Below are positions 53,497-62,621 of a DNA stretch of 64,000 nt, in pieces (within the stretch, counting starts at the first letter, position 1; each line of letters starts with the position of its first letter). The notes beneath the pieces were generated by a model. That model saw only the letters and a program-made list of their open reading frames with translations, ran no database searches and was not told the DNA's origin. A program made the position numbers and the translations under genes. Origin of the DNA: an uncultured Bacteroidales bacterium (lineage in GTDB: Bacteria > Bacteroidota > Bacteroidia > Bacteroidales > FEN-979); contig CAIYES010000317.1 in the NCBI GenBank assembly GCA_903925275.1, positions 89 through 64,088 of the forward strand. The letters run 5' to 3'.

Positions 53497-55842
53497 TCAG
53501 AAGGGATATCCGATTCCGAAATTCCAGATGATATCTTTAAGTTGCATTTTCTTGAAAATCCATTGGTCTTCTTTGGAATTTGAGGGATTGAACAGTGGAA
53601 TTGCCGGATCAAACCGGAATATAAAAAAATCGAAATCGAGTCTGATCCCGATACCTCCGTCCAATCCAATTTGCTTGAAAAATCCGGGGAATGTGAATTT
53701 TCCTCCAGGTAAATCCGGTGAATCCTGCAGCAGCCATATATTTCCAGCATCAAAAAAAACGGCGCCACGGATCCACTGATACAGCGGGAAACGATATTCC
53801 ACATTGGCTTCAAGTTGAATATCCCCGATTTGGTTATAGTTGAAATCGCCATAAATATTTTTGTACGTACCTGGTCCAAGCGAGTACATTTTCCATCCCC
53901 GCATGCCGTTTGCACCCCCTGCAAAAAATGCTTTTTCAAACGGCAACAAAGTTGAATTTCCATACGGAATACCGATTCCACCGTAAAACCGGTAAACGAG
54001 CGAATGAGCATTCTTGATTACATTGTAAAACCTGAAATCAATGTCAGGCCTTACATATTGCGAATATGGCAAGCCGAACAGGGTATATACAGAGTCCTTT
54101 TTTACATTCGCAAGTTTATCATACGCATATATCAGATTACCACCGGTTTCAAGATTTGCCCGGATATAGACAAAATTCTTCACCTTGTTGAAGTTCTGAT
54201 TGCTGAAAGTGAAGGTGTATTTTAATCCGGCCACCATATGATCGGTATACTGGTTTTTAACGCGTTGATCATTCGTATTGTTTAACGTATCCGTAAAATA
54301 GGCATCGGGATAAATTTTTACCAACGAAACTTCAACAGGATTGAGGACATGTCTGATTTTTTCATTCTGAAGCCAGGAATAACCGAACGAAATATTTGAA
54401 ATGTGCCGGTCGAAATGAGGCTGGTGCTGATAGTTGTAACCGATGCTGATGATGGTTTTTGGTTTGAAATTTTTCGGGAGCGTCTCAGGACGGATGGGTA
54501 TCAGAAACTGTGGAAATGTCAATCCTGCATTGGCGCCCAACTCAATGGTGTTGAAAAAGGTTTTTACCGTCGTCCCGCTTGAAGCCTGCATCTGGAGCGA
54601 CCCGTTCAGGTTGATGCGGAAAATCTGAGCGCCTCTGAAAATATTGCGGTTTTGATAACCAAGGCTGGCCTGCACACCAAAAGCTCCTCCCGAATTTGTT
54701 CCGTCGGTCGTAACAGAAAATGATTGTGCCGGAGCGCGTGAAAGTTCGACATGACAATCGATCAAATCCTTATCATGCACGATCGGTCCCTTCACACTCT
54801 CATTCTCTTTGAATTGAATGTTGATATATTTAAATACCTGTAAACTCGAAAGTTGGGTATAACTCTGGTCGACATCCAATAAGTTATAATGCGACCCGGG
54901 AGTAATGAAAATTGACTGTGCAATGGTACGGGGCTTGACTTTGAAATGAGATTGGTATAAAAAGTAATAGGTATTTGGTGGGTGGTTTTTCTCCGGACTC
55001 TGGAAGACCTTCACAAGAGAATCATATGGACCGGTATAGTTTAGCAGATGATCAAACTCGGGATAAATATACACCTTGTTGATAAAATAGCGTTTATGCG
55101 GAACCTGCCGAACTGTGGTAAATTGGTCGAATGAAGGAACAACCTGATTGATGATCTCCAGTGTGATATCGCAAAGGCGTTGCCTTAAATTGGTATCGAT
55201 GGTGTATTTGATATATGATTTGGAAAACCGGAAGAAACCATTGTTCTGCAGGTTGCGTGTAATGCGCGTCCGCTCATCATCCAGTAAGTACGAATCAAAA
55301 TTTTTACCTTTCTGAATCAGACATTTTACGGTATCCTTGTATACAAATGAGGCAACCTGTGTGTCGGAGATGGAATAAATCAGTTTTCTGATTGTATATG
55401 GTTGTGATGCCTTCATGCGATAGATAACAATGGCTTTCTTCTTTTGATAAATGATCGAATCTGCCGATGTTGATTGAAAATAACCTTTATTTCCAAGATA
55501 AAGGTTCATTTGTTTGAGAGAAATCGAAATTAAACTCGTATCAAGAATAACGGGAGCCGATCCGATTTTTTCACGCAGCCATTTCTTGAATTTTGTATCC
55601 TTCCCTTTACTGCCCATGTTGTAGATGGCAATGTTGGTTCGAAAGAATCCAAATTTCTTATTTGGAATCTGCTGAAGGTAGGGCTCCAAATCTTCTACAG
55701 GAATACTTCGGTCGGAAACCTGAATTTTATTCTTAATCAGGAGGTACTCTTTTTGTCCAAGATTTTTAGTGACATTGCAGCCAAACATTAAAATAAGGCA
55801 CGCAAATAGAAGACAAAACCCGGTTAATGTTTTTAGCTTCAA
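53497..55842 (-). CDS. BamA/TamA-family (Omp85) outer-membrane protein
   Basis: 781 aa with a signal peptide and POTRA-length N-terminal region. The C-terminal barrel has ...VEYRFPLYQWIRGAVFFDAGNIW...GGIGIRLDF... and ends NFGIGYPF. Confidence 0.8.
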   Translation of the reverse strand: MKLKTLTGFCLLFACLILMFGCNVTKNLGQKEYLLIKNKIQVSDRSIPVEDLEPYLQQIPNKKFGFFRTNIAIYNMGSKGKDTKFKKWLREKIGSAPVILDTSLISISLKQMNLYLGNKGYFQSTSADSIIYQKKKAIVIYRMKASQPYTIRKLIYSISDTQVASFVYKDTVKCLIQKGKNFDSYLLDDERTRITRNLQNNGFFRFSKSYIKYTIDTNLRQRLCDITLEIINQVVPSFDQFTTVRQVPHKRYFINKVYIYPEFDHLLNYTGPYDSLVKVFQSPEKNHPPNTYYFLYQSHFKVKPRTIAQSIFITPGSHYNLLDVDQSYTQLSSLQVFKYINIQFKENESVKGPIVHDKDLIDCHVELSRAPAQSFSVTTDGTNSGGAFGVQASLGYQNRNIFRGAQIFRINLNGSLQMQASSGTTVKTFFNTIELGANAGLTFPQFLIPIRPETLPKNFKPKTIISIGYNYQHQPHFDRHISNISFGYSWLQNEKIRHVLNPVEVSLVKIYPDAYFTDTLNNTNDQRVKNQYTDHMVAGLKYTFTFSNQNFNKVKNFVYIRANLETGGNLIYAYDKLANVKKDSVYTLFGLPYSQYVRPDIDFRFYNVIKNAHSLVYRFYGGIGIPYGNSTLLPFEKAFFAGGANGMRGWKMYSLGPGTYKNIYGDFNYNQIGDIQLEANVEYRFPLYQWIRGAVFFDAGNIWLLQDSPDLPGGKFTFPGFFKQIGLDGGIGIRLDFDFFIFRFDPAIPLFNPSNSKEDQWIFKKMQLKDIIWNFGIGYPF

Positions 55843-56154
55843 TTCTCTTTGTAATTATGATGGGCAAAAATAGGGATAAAAAATCTAGCGTTTAAATAAA
55901 AATGAAGCTGTTGTGAAAGCTTCTTTCGTGTTATTCCTGAAGGAGAATGAGAATTCCTCATCATTTAGCAGAGGGTTTAATAGATGTCATGATAGCTTTA
56001 AACCTGACTCATGAGTTAATCGAAAATTTTTATATATTTGGATTGGTTCTTAATTCTTTTTCTTTGACCCGGGAAATGAAGGATTATGTTTGTGGTTTTA
56101 TTGATAACTATTGCTTTTTAAACGTGGCTCCATAGTTTGGAATCTAAACTTGCA

Positions 56155-57282
56155 ATGAACGAGTCTGATAACAAAAAGGTACTTGTTTGTCCGATGGACT
56201 GGGGTATTGGTCATGCCAGCCGCTGTGTCCCGTTAATTAATAAGCTCACCGAACTTGGATTCAAGGTTGTGATGGCTGCAAGTGGACGTCCGCTTGAATT
56301 TATAAAGAAAGAGTATCCGGGGGTTCCTGTCATTGATTTTCCGGGGACTTTAATCACCTATCCTGAAAATGGATGGATTGTCATGAAAATGCTCCGATTG
56401 TTGCCCAAATTGCTTTTGGGGATCTGGCGAGAACATGTGGCGTTGAAAAAAATCGCCTTGCAAACCAATGCAACGCTCATCATTTCTGACAATCGCTATG
56501 GATGCTGGCATCCGACTATTCCATCGGTATTCATGACCCATCAGTTGGATATCCAGCTTCCTGGAGGGTTAAGGTTTGCCCAAGGCTTCCTGAATATCGT
56601 AAATTATTGGTTTATTAATAAATACGACGAATGCTGGATTCCCGATTTTGAGCCTCACCGGGGTTTGGCCGGTGCACTGTCGCATCCACCGAAACTTCCC
56701 CTGAACCCACATTATATTGGAATACTATCGCGATTCTCAGGCCGCCCCGATCCTGCAACTGACTATACTGGTCATGCTTTTGATTTGCTGGTTATGCTTT
56801 CAGGACCTGAACCCCAGCGAACGATTCTCGAAAAAAAAATCCTGATGCAATTGGTCAACATAAACATGCAGGTAGCCATGGTACGTGGCATTCCGGAATC
56901 AGACGAAACCTATGTCCTTGATCAGCGGATTCATGTTTTTTCGCACCTTGAAACCAGGAAAATGAGGCAACTCATCACCAGGTCAGATTTGGTAATCTGC
57001 CGGTCGGGATATTCCAGCATTATGGATATTGTAACGCTTGGGAAGCGGGCGATTTTCATACCGACCCCCGGACAAACTGAACAGGAATACCTTGCACGGT
57101 ATCTTATGGAAAAAAAAATTTACTTTTCCTTAAAGCAACAGGATTTTGATCTGCTTTACGCGATTGAGATGTCGAAAAATTATCCCGGAATGATCATTCA
57201 AAATGATTACGCAGCGCTGATAAAAAGAATTACACGAATATGGGTCAAGCGTGGGGAACCTTCTTCTGAGCCCGGTATATAA
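56155..57282 (+). CDS. GT-B glycosyltransferase (MurG/GT28-C-like, UDP-glycosyltransferase family)
   Basis: VLVCPMDWGIGHASRC is the N-terminal G-loop typical of this family, and ...ICRSGYSSIMDIVTLGKRAIFIPTPGQTEQEYLA is a GT28 C-terminal-type motif. The ATG at 56155 is preferred to the TTG at 56137. Confidence 0.7.
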   Translation: MNESDNKKVLVCPMDWGIGHASRCVPLINKLTELGFKVVMAASGRPLEFIKKEYPGVPVIDFPGTLITYPENGWIVMKMLRLLPKLLLGIWREHVALKKIALQTNATLIISDNRYGCWHPTIPSVFMTHQLDIQLPGGLRFAQGFLNIVNYWFINKYDECWIPDFEPHRGLAGALSHPPKLPLNPHYIGILSRFSGRPDPATDYTGHAFDLLVMLSGPEPQRTILEKKILMQLVNINMQVAMVRGIPESDETYVLDQRIHVFSHLETRKMRQLITRSDLVICRSGYSSIMDIVTLGKRAIFIPTPGQTEQEYLARYLMEKKIYFSLKQQDFDLLYAIEMSKNYPGMIIQNDYAALIKRITRIWVKRGEPSSEPGI

Positions 57283-58051
57283 GTATACCTCCCAGGATGA
57301 TTAAAGGTATTGAGAGCAGCTGTCCCATATTCAACAACATCCCGCGTTCAAATCCAACCTGAGGCTCTTTAATAAATTCGATGAGAAACCGTACCCCGAA
57401 AACGAGAATCAGAAAGAACCCGAATATCTGCCCCTGTGCCGGTTTTCCGTCTTTTTTATAGTAGTACCACCATAGAAAGAAGAAAAAAGCCAAATAGGAT
57501 AATCCTTCATAAATCTGAGTCGGGTGGCGGGGTAAAAGGCTTTCGGAAGGGGTTGATGCACGGAGAAACTGAAAACCCCAGGGTAGGGTGGTGGGCAGGC
57601 CGAATATTTCTGAGTTCATCAGGTTCCCCATTCGGATCATGAAACCCGCAAGGGCAACCGTGATAACAACCCGATCCATAACCCACAGAAAAGGTTTCTT
57701 GCGGACATGTGAAAAAATAAGCATCGAGAGAATGATTCCGATAGCCGCTCCATGACTAGCCAATCCTCCTTCCCAAACCTCAAAAATTTTAATAGGATGT
57801 GCCAGATACCAGGATGGCTCATAAAAAAACACATGTCCCAATCGCGCTCCGACAATAGTCCCGACAATCATGTATGTTGTAAGTTCGTCCAGCAAGGCAA
57901 TCGGGACACCTTCCTTTAAAAAAAACTTTTGCATGATCAGATACCCGAAGAAAAAAGAGAGCGCGAAGAAAAGTCCATACCATCGCACTGCAAAACCACC
58001 GATGTGAAAAATATCCGGACTCGGGTTCCAGATTATTGACAAATATAACAT
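57245..58051 (-). CDS. lgt: prolipoprotein diacylglyceryl transferase
   Basis: ...IFHIGGFAVRWYGLFFALSFFFGY...GARLGHVFFYEP...WEGGLASHGAAIG...PTQIYE. Confidence 0.9.
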   Translation of the reverse strand: MLYLSIIWNPSPDIFHIGGFAVRWYGLFFALSFFFGYLIMQKFFLKEGVPIALLDELTTYMIVGTIVGARLGHVFFYEPSWYLAHPIKIFEVWEGGLASHGAAIGIILSMLIFSHVRKKPFLWVMDRVVITVALAGFMIRMGNLMNSEIFGLPTTLPWGFQFLRASTPSESLLPRHPTQIYEGLSYLAFFFFLWWYYYKKDGKPAQGQIFGFFLILVFGVRFLIEFIKEPQVGFERGMLLNMGQLLSIPLIILGGILIYRAQKKVPHA

Positions 58052-58067
58052 ATCTGCTATTTTCTTC

Positions 58068-61000
58068 CTATTGTAACGACTTTATCTTCATATTGAACAG
58101 GGTATCCATCTTGGCGGCCAGCTTTGGCTGGTTATTCTCAGAGGCCACCATCGACAGGCGTTTAATAATTCCCAATGCAGTTTGAACTTCCTGATCAAAA
58201 TATTGCCTGTTCTGAGGAGAATAGGAATAGTAATAATCAAGGTTCTGACTGTATATCGTGGCAACCCGTTCAACCAGTTTGTTTGCTTTGTCAACAGCTC
58301 CGGCTTTGTAGTAGATCTCAGCATATGGAAGCATATACATATCGAACGGAACCTTTGAATCAGGGAAATTTTTGATGTAAATATCCATCATTTCAATGGC
58401 CTCTTTATTCTTTCCCATTTCCTGCAGCGATTGAGCAACGCGCATGATGTTTGTTTTAGGCCTTACCGAATTGTTAAGACTTTCAGGATCAACATACACA
58501 TGCGGATCACTGAGATTACCCCATGCACATTTATTTTTAAGAATATCGTATGAGGTCAAAGCATCTACCCCGCCCATTCCTCCGATATAGTCAGCAGGAC
58601 CGGCCTTTACAGGCATGAATTTATAAACCCAGCCCTGTACAAGGCAAAAGGAATCAATAGCCACGCAATGGCTGACACTTGACGGGGCTGCAAAATAGAG
58701 CGGACGTTCCCATTTGTTTGAAGCAAGCAGGTCGAGCAGCATCAGGTCGTTTTTATACAATTGATTTGTACGGATGGTCCAGTAAATTGAATCAACCATC
58801 TTGCCACGAAGATGTTTTGGCACAATGCCATATTTCACACAGGCTGCCGAATCGACGGTAATCTTGACCTTTTTTGATGGAAAGAACTTCATTTTATCTC
58901 CATTCTGCAATGGAATAAACGTTTGTGGATCGTCACTTTTGATAAAATCGATCATGTCTTTCAGTTCCACATAACCTTTTAATCCGATATCGTAAAAAGG
59001 CAGTATGTCATTTGTCCCCTGCTGGTATTGCTCTTTGCTCAACGTCAAAGGTATAGGGTTCGAATTATAGGCTTTTTGATATAATTGATTGATGTACCAG
59101 GGACCTGAGGCGAGCATCAGATTGACCACCCTCACATCTGTTCCGATCCCTTCAACCTCCTGGTCATACCATAAAGGGAAGGTGTCGTTATCACCGTTGG
59201 TAAACAATATCCCTTGCGGATCGCATGATTTCAGGTAATCTGCTGCAAAATCGCGGCATGCATATTTGCCTGAACGGTCGTGATCATCCCAGTTCTCTTT
59301 GGCCATGATTCCGGGGACAAGCACCAGGCAAAGCACAAATACAACAGCCACGGAAGTAATTTCACTCAACCATCTGCGCAACCAGTTTACCAGAGGAATA
59401 ATGCCCAGGCCGATCCAGATCGAAAATGCATAGAATGAAGCGGCATATGCATAATCACGTTCACGTGGCTCGTAGGGCTGTTGGTTCAGGTATACAAGAA
59501 TGGCCAGGCCTGTCATGATAAACAGAAGCGAAATGATCATCGTACCTTTAAAATCCTTGTTCACGTGGAAGAAAAAACCGATAAGCCCCAGGAGCAGGGG
59601 TAACATATAATATTTATTGGTACCCCGGTTCGCTTTACTGTCGGGCAGGTTTTTCATATCATGGCCCAGCCGCATTTTGTCAAGGAACGGAATACCACTG
59701 ATCCAGTTACCATCTTCAAAGCCTCCATAGCCCTGCACATCATTCTGCCGTCCGGCAAAATTCCACATAAAGTAACGGATGTACATAACGCCGATCTGGT
59801 AGGTGAAAAAATATTTCAGATTCTCGCCAAAAGTCGGACGGTTGCGTATTTCAGGTTTGTCGTCGCGCCCGGTAACTTCGATGGGAACTCCCGGGCCACC
59901 CCATTTTTTGTAAAATGCCTCGGACCCTTTGCGCTGATTGCTCCACATACGTGGAAAAATAGTTGTAAAAAGAGGATCCCAAACAGGCACTGTACCCTGG
60001 CGGTTATCGATGATGATATATTTTCCCGACTTCACATCCTTTTGATAAACCGGATTTCCATCAGCATAATCCTTGATGGGTGCATTGTAATATTGTCCGA
60101 ATGCAATCGGAAAATCGCCATATTGTTCACGGTTCAGGTAGGAGAGCAAGCTTATGGCATCCTTTGGCGCATTTTCATTGATTGGAGGATTCGAATTGGC
60201 ACGGATAACCAGCATTAAAAATGAGGAATAGCCAATCAGGATAAAGGTGAAGGATAATATTATGGTATTGAGGACAGTCTTTCCCTTTTTTCGGGTATAA
60301 TACAATCCCCAGATGAGCAATCCGATGAGAAGGACAAAATATATTATCGTGCCCGAATTGAATGGCATTCCAAAGCTGTTCACAAAAAGCAATTCAAATT
60401 TCCCCGACAATTCGACCATGTAAGGGATGATGATAAACATGACAAACGCAAGGATAAGAATTGACAGGGTAAAAGTCAATATCATTCCAAGCGTGGTGGT
60501 TTTGAATTTTTTATAGTAATAGACCATGCAGGTTGCAGGGATAACCAACAGGTTCAGCAGGTGAACACCAATAGCAAGGCCAATCATAAAAGCGATCAGC
60601 ACAAGCCAGCGATAGGAATGTTTCTCATCGGCAACCGATTCCCACTTCAGGATAGCCCAAAACGACATGGCTGTAAAAAAAGAGGACATGGCATATACTT
60701 CACCTTCCTCCGCAGAAAACCAGAATGTGTCGCTGAATGTATAAGCCATGGCACCGATGAATGCGGCACCAAACACAGTATACATCTGAACGGGGGTCAT
60801 TTCACCGTTGGGGTTTACAAGTTTTATTGCAAATAAAACGATGCTCCAGAAAAGGAACAAAATGGTAAATCCACTCGAAAGCGCCGACATCACATTGACC
60901 ATCATGGCTACATGCGATACATCCCCGAAGGCAAAGAGGGAGAAAAACCTGCCGAGCATCTGGAACAAGGGAGCTCCGGGAGGATGTCCAACCTGCAGTT

Positions 61001-61133
61001 TGAATGCAGTGGCAATGTATTCACCACAGTCCCACCAACTGGCAGTGGGTTCGATGGAAAGGAGATAAACTGTTGATGCAATAATAAATGTTGTCCAACC
61101 GAAGATGTTGTTCAGTTTTTGGAAATTCTTCAT
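58068..61133 (-). CDS. DUF2723 domain membrane protein (GT-C-like, glycosyltransferase family 117-type)
   Basis: The N-terminus reads ...EPTASWWDCGEYIATAFKLQVGHPPGAPLF.... It has many TM segments followed by a large soluble C-terminal half with TPR-like ends. 1021 aa. Confidence 0.75.
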   Translation of the reverse strand: MKNFQKLNNIFGWTTFIIASTVYLLSIEPTASWWDCGEYIATAFKLQVGHPPGAPLFQMLGRFFSLFAFGDVSHVAMMVNVMSALSSGFTILFLFWSIVLFAIKLVNPNGEMTPVQMYTVFGAAFIGAMAYTFSDTFWFSAEEGEVYAMSSFFTAMSFWAILKWESVADEKHSYRWLVLIAFMIGLAIGVHLLNLLVIPATCMVYYYKKFKTTTLGMILTFTLSILILAFVMFIIIPYMVELSGKFELLFVNSFGMPFNSGTIIYFVLLIGLLIWGLYYTRKKGKTVLNTIILSFTFILIGYSSFLMLVIRANSNPPINENAPKDAISLLSYLNREQYGDFPIAFGQYYNAPIKDYADGNPVYQKDVKSGKYIIIDNRQGTVPVWDPLFTTIFPRMWSNQRKGSEAFYKKWGGPGVPIEVTGRDDKPEIRNRPTFGENLKYFFTYQIGVMYIRYFMWNFAGRQNDVQGYGGFEDGNWISGIPFLDKMRLGHDMKNLPDSKANRGTNKYYMLPLLLGLIGFFFHVNKDFKGTMIISLLFIMTGLAILVYLNQQPYEPRERDYAYAASFYAFSIWIGLGIIPLVNWLRRWLSEITSVAVVFVLCLVLVPGIMAKENWDDHDRSGKYACRDFAADYLKSCDPQGILFTNGDNDTFPLWYDQEVEGIGTDVRVVNLMLASGPWYINQLYQKAYNSNPIPLTLSKEQYQQGTNDILPFYDIGLKGYVELKDMIDFIKSDDPQTFIPLQNGDKMKFFPSKKVKITVDSAACVKYGIVPKHLRGKMVDSIYWTIRTNQLYKNDLMLLDLLASNKWERPLYFAAPSSVSHCVAIDSFCLVQGWVYKFMPVKAGPADYIGGMGGVDALTSYDILKNKCAWGNLSDPHVYVDPESLNNSVRPKTNIMRVAQSLQEMGKNKEAIEMMDIYIKNFPDSKVPFDMYMLPYAEIYYKAGAVDKANKLVERVATIYSQNLDYYYSYSPQNRQYFDQEVQTALGIIKRLSMVASENNQPKLAAKMDTLFNMKIKSLQ

Positions 61134-61243
61134 GTGACAGCGATTTTTCAGGAAAGATTAGATTACAAAAGTACAAAATTACCCCTAACAAGTGAAAAGG
61201 ATTTTTTTTCACTTCCCTGTAAGAGCCAAAAGAAAATATTTTC

Positions 61244-61251
61244 TACCTTTG
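61244..61251 (+). promoter_or_regulatory. candidate -7 box TACCTTTG upstream of tRNA-Gln
   Basis: Matches TAnnTTTG about 180 nt upstream of the tRNA. No clean -33 element was seen. Confidence 0.25.
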
Positions 61252-61331
61252 CACCCTCAAACGAAAACGACATAAGCCGTAATACTAACCAATAAAACCT
61301 AAAACTTAAAACTTTCATACCTCACCCCCAA

Positions 61332-61354
61332 CCCCTCCCCGAAACAGGGAGGGG
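61332..61354 (+). other. GC-rich hairpin CCCCTCCC-cgaaaca-GGGAGGGG
   Basis: A perfect 8-bp stem read directly from the sequence. It lies in the spacer upstream of tRNA-Gln. Function unknown. Confidence 0.5.
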
Positions 61355-61382
61355 AGTACCTTCACCAAGCTTTCAAAGAATG

Positions 61383-61425
61383 CACTTAACAATTAGTTAC
61401 TTAACACTTAACACTTAACACTTAA
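61383..61425. repeat. heptamer array CACTTAA (3 perfect contiguous units plus 3 degenerate units)
   Basis: cacttaa-caattag-ttacttaa-cacttaa-cacttaa-cacttaa. It ends 6 nt before the tRNA 5' end. Confidence 0.8.
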
Positions 61426-61431
61426 TCCCAC

Positions 61432-61502
61432 TGACCCATGGTGTAACGGCAGCACAAGAGATTTTGGTTCTCTCGGCCCAGGTTCGAATCCTGGTGGGTC
61501 AA
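61432..61502 (+). tRNA. tRNA-Gln (anticodon UUG)
   Basis: Folded by hand. The acceptor stem is TGACCCA/TGGGTCA and the D arm is GTG-taacggcag-CAC. The anticodon arm is AGAGA-TTTTGGT-TCTCT, which gives anticodon TTG. The T arm is CCAGG-TTCGAAT-CCTGG and the discriminator is A. Total 71 nt, with no encoded CCA. Confidence 0.9.
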
Positions 61503-61520
61503 CAAAACTGAAATAAAAAA

Positions 61521-61551
61521 CCCTGATTATCAAATATAATCAGGGTTTTTT
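61521..61551 (+). terminator. intrinsic terminator after tRNA-Gln
   Basis: ccctgattat-caaat-ataatcaggg followed by tttttt. An A-run on the 5' side makes it potentially bidirectional. Confidence 0.75.
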
Positions 61552-61638
61552 ATTTTGTTTTGGGACAGAAAGGGGACATTTTCCCGGGTAAAGGCAATTG
61601 GAAGCGGGGTGAAGTTGTATATTTGTTGAGTGGACAAA

Positions 61639-62571
61639 ATGAAAAAAATATCCATTGGTGCTGATATCGGTGGCAGCCACATCAGTACAATAGCTGTAGA
61701 CCTTGACGGTGCGGCAATTCTTCCTGCGACATATTCAAGATATCTGGTAAACAGCAATGGTTCGGACGAAGAAATTCTCTCTGCATGGAAATTATGCCTG
61801 GCTGAAACCTGCTCAAAATCAAAAGAACATCCGATTACAGGAATCGGATTTGCCATGCCCGGCCCGTTCGATTACGACAGAGGGATCGCGAAGTTTATGG
61901 GTGTCCAGAAATTTGATTCACTCTATGGAATCGATATCCGGCAAAAAATGAAGACTTGCCCGGGTCTTCCTGAAAACATTTCTGTCCGGTTTCTCAATGA
62001 TGCCACCTGTTTTGCCATCGGGGAAGCCTGGCTCGGTGAGGCAGGAAATCACGAACGCGTGATGGCCATAACCCTCGGCACTGGTTTCGGCTCAGCTTTC
62101 ATGATAAATGGCATTCCGATTGAGACCGGGGATACGGTTCCGCTTCATGGCTGGGTTTACCACCTGCCTTTTGGCGATTCAATTGCAGATGATCATTTTT
62201 CTACCAGGTGGTTCATCAGGCGGTACCTGGAAAATACTCGGGTGAAGTTATCAGGTGTAAGGGAAATCGCTGAAATACATCAAACCGATCCTGCTGCCCG
62301 TCAAATTTTCAACGAATTCGGTAAAAATCTTGGCATTTTTCTTGCCCCGCTGATCAGGAACTTCCAGGCAGATTGCCTTGTGATTGGTGGAAACATAGCT
62401 AACAATTACGATTTCTTCAAAGAGCCTTTTCATAAGGAATTGGACCATAAAAAAGTCCGGAGACTCCGTGTATATGTATCGGCCATGGCTGAAAATGCTG
62501 CACTTGCAGGAAGTGCGAGGCTTTCGGATGATATATTCTATCATGAAGTATCACTGGCTGCGTTTAAATAA
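61639..62571 (+). CDS. ROK family sugar kinase
   Basis: MKKISIGADIGGSHIS (ATP-binding DxGG region), ...NDATCFAIGE..., ...ITLGTGFGSAF.... The ATG at 61639 is preferred to the GTG at 61630. Confidence 0.75.
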   Translation: MKKISIGADIGGSHISTIAVDLDGAAILPATYSRYLVNSNGSDEEILSAWKLCLAETCSKSKEHPITGIGFAMPGPFDYDRGIAKFMGVQKFDSLYGIDIRQKMKTCPGLPENISVRFLNDATCFAIGEAWLGEAGNHERVMAITLGTGFGSAFMINGIPIETGDTVPLHGWVYHLPFGDSIADDHFSTRWFIRRYLENTRVKLSGVREIAEIHQTDPAARQIFNEFGKNLGIFLAPLIRNFQADCLVIGGNIANNYDFFKEPFHKELDHKKVRRLRVYVSAMAENAALAGSARLSDDIFYHEVSLAAFK

Positions 62572-62621
62572 ATAAAGTCTTTCCTGATGAGAAACGAACC
62601 AGCACGAAGAGACACGACGTA

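Noticed and set aside
53481-54011. 176-aa minus-strand ORF overlapping the 3' end of the BamA/TamA-family gene.
   Set aside because: It is an alternative frame of the same strand region, which is occupied by a 781-aa ORF with canonical Omp85 C-terminal motifs.
61432-61551. tRNA-Gln as an integration hotspot or genomic-island border.
   Set aside because: No integrase was found, no direct repeat of the tRNA 3' end nearby, and the flanking genes are ordinary housekeeping genes (DUF2723 protein, ROK kinase).
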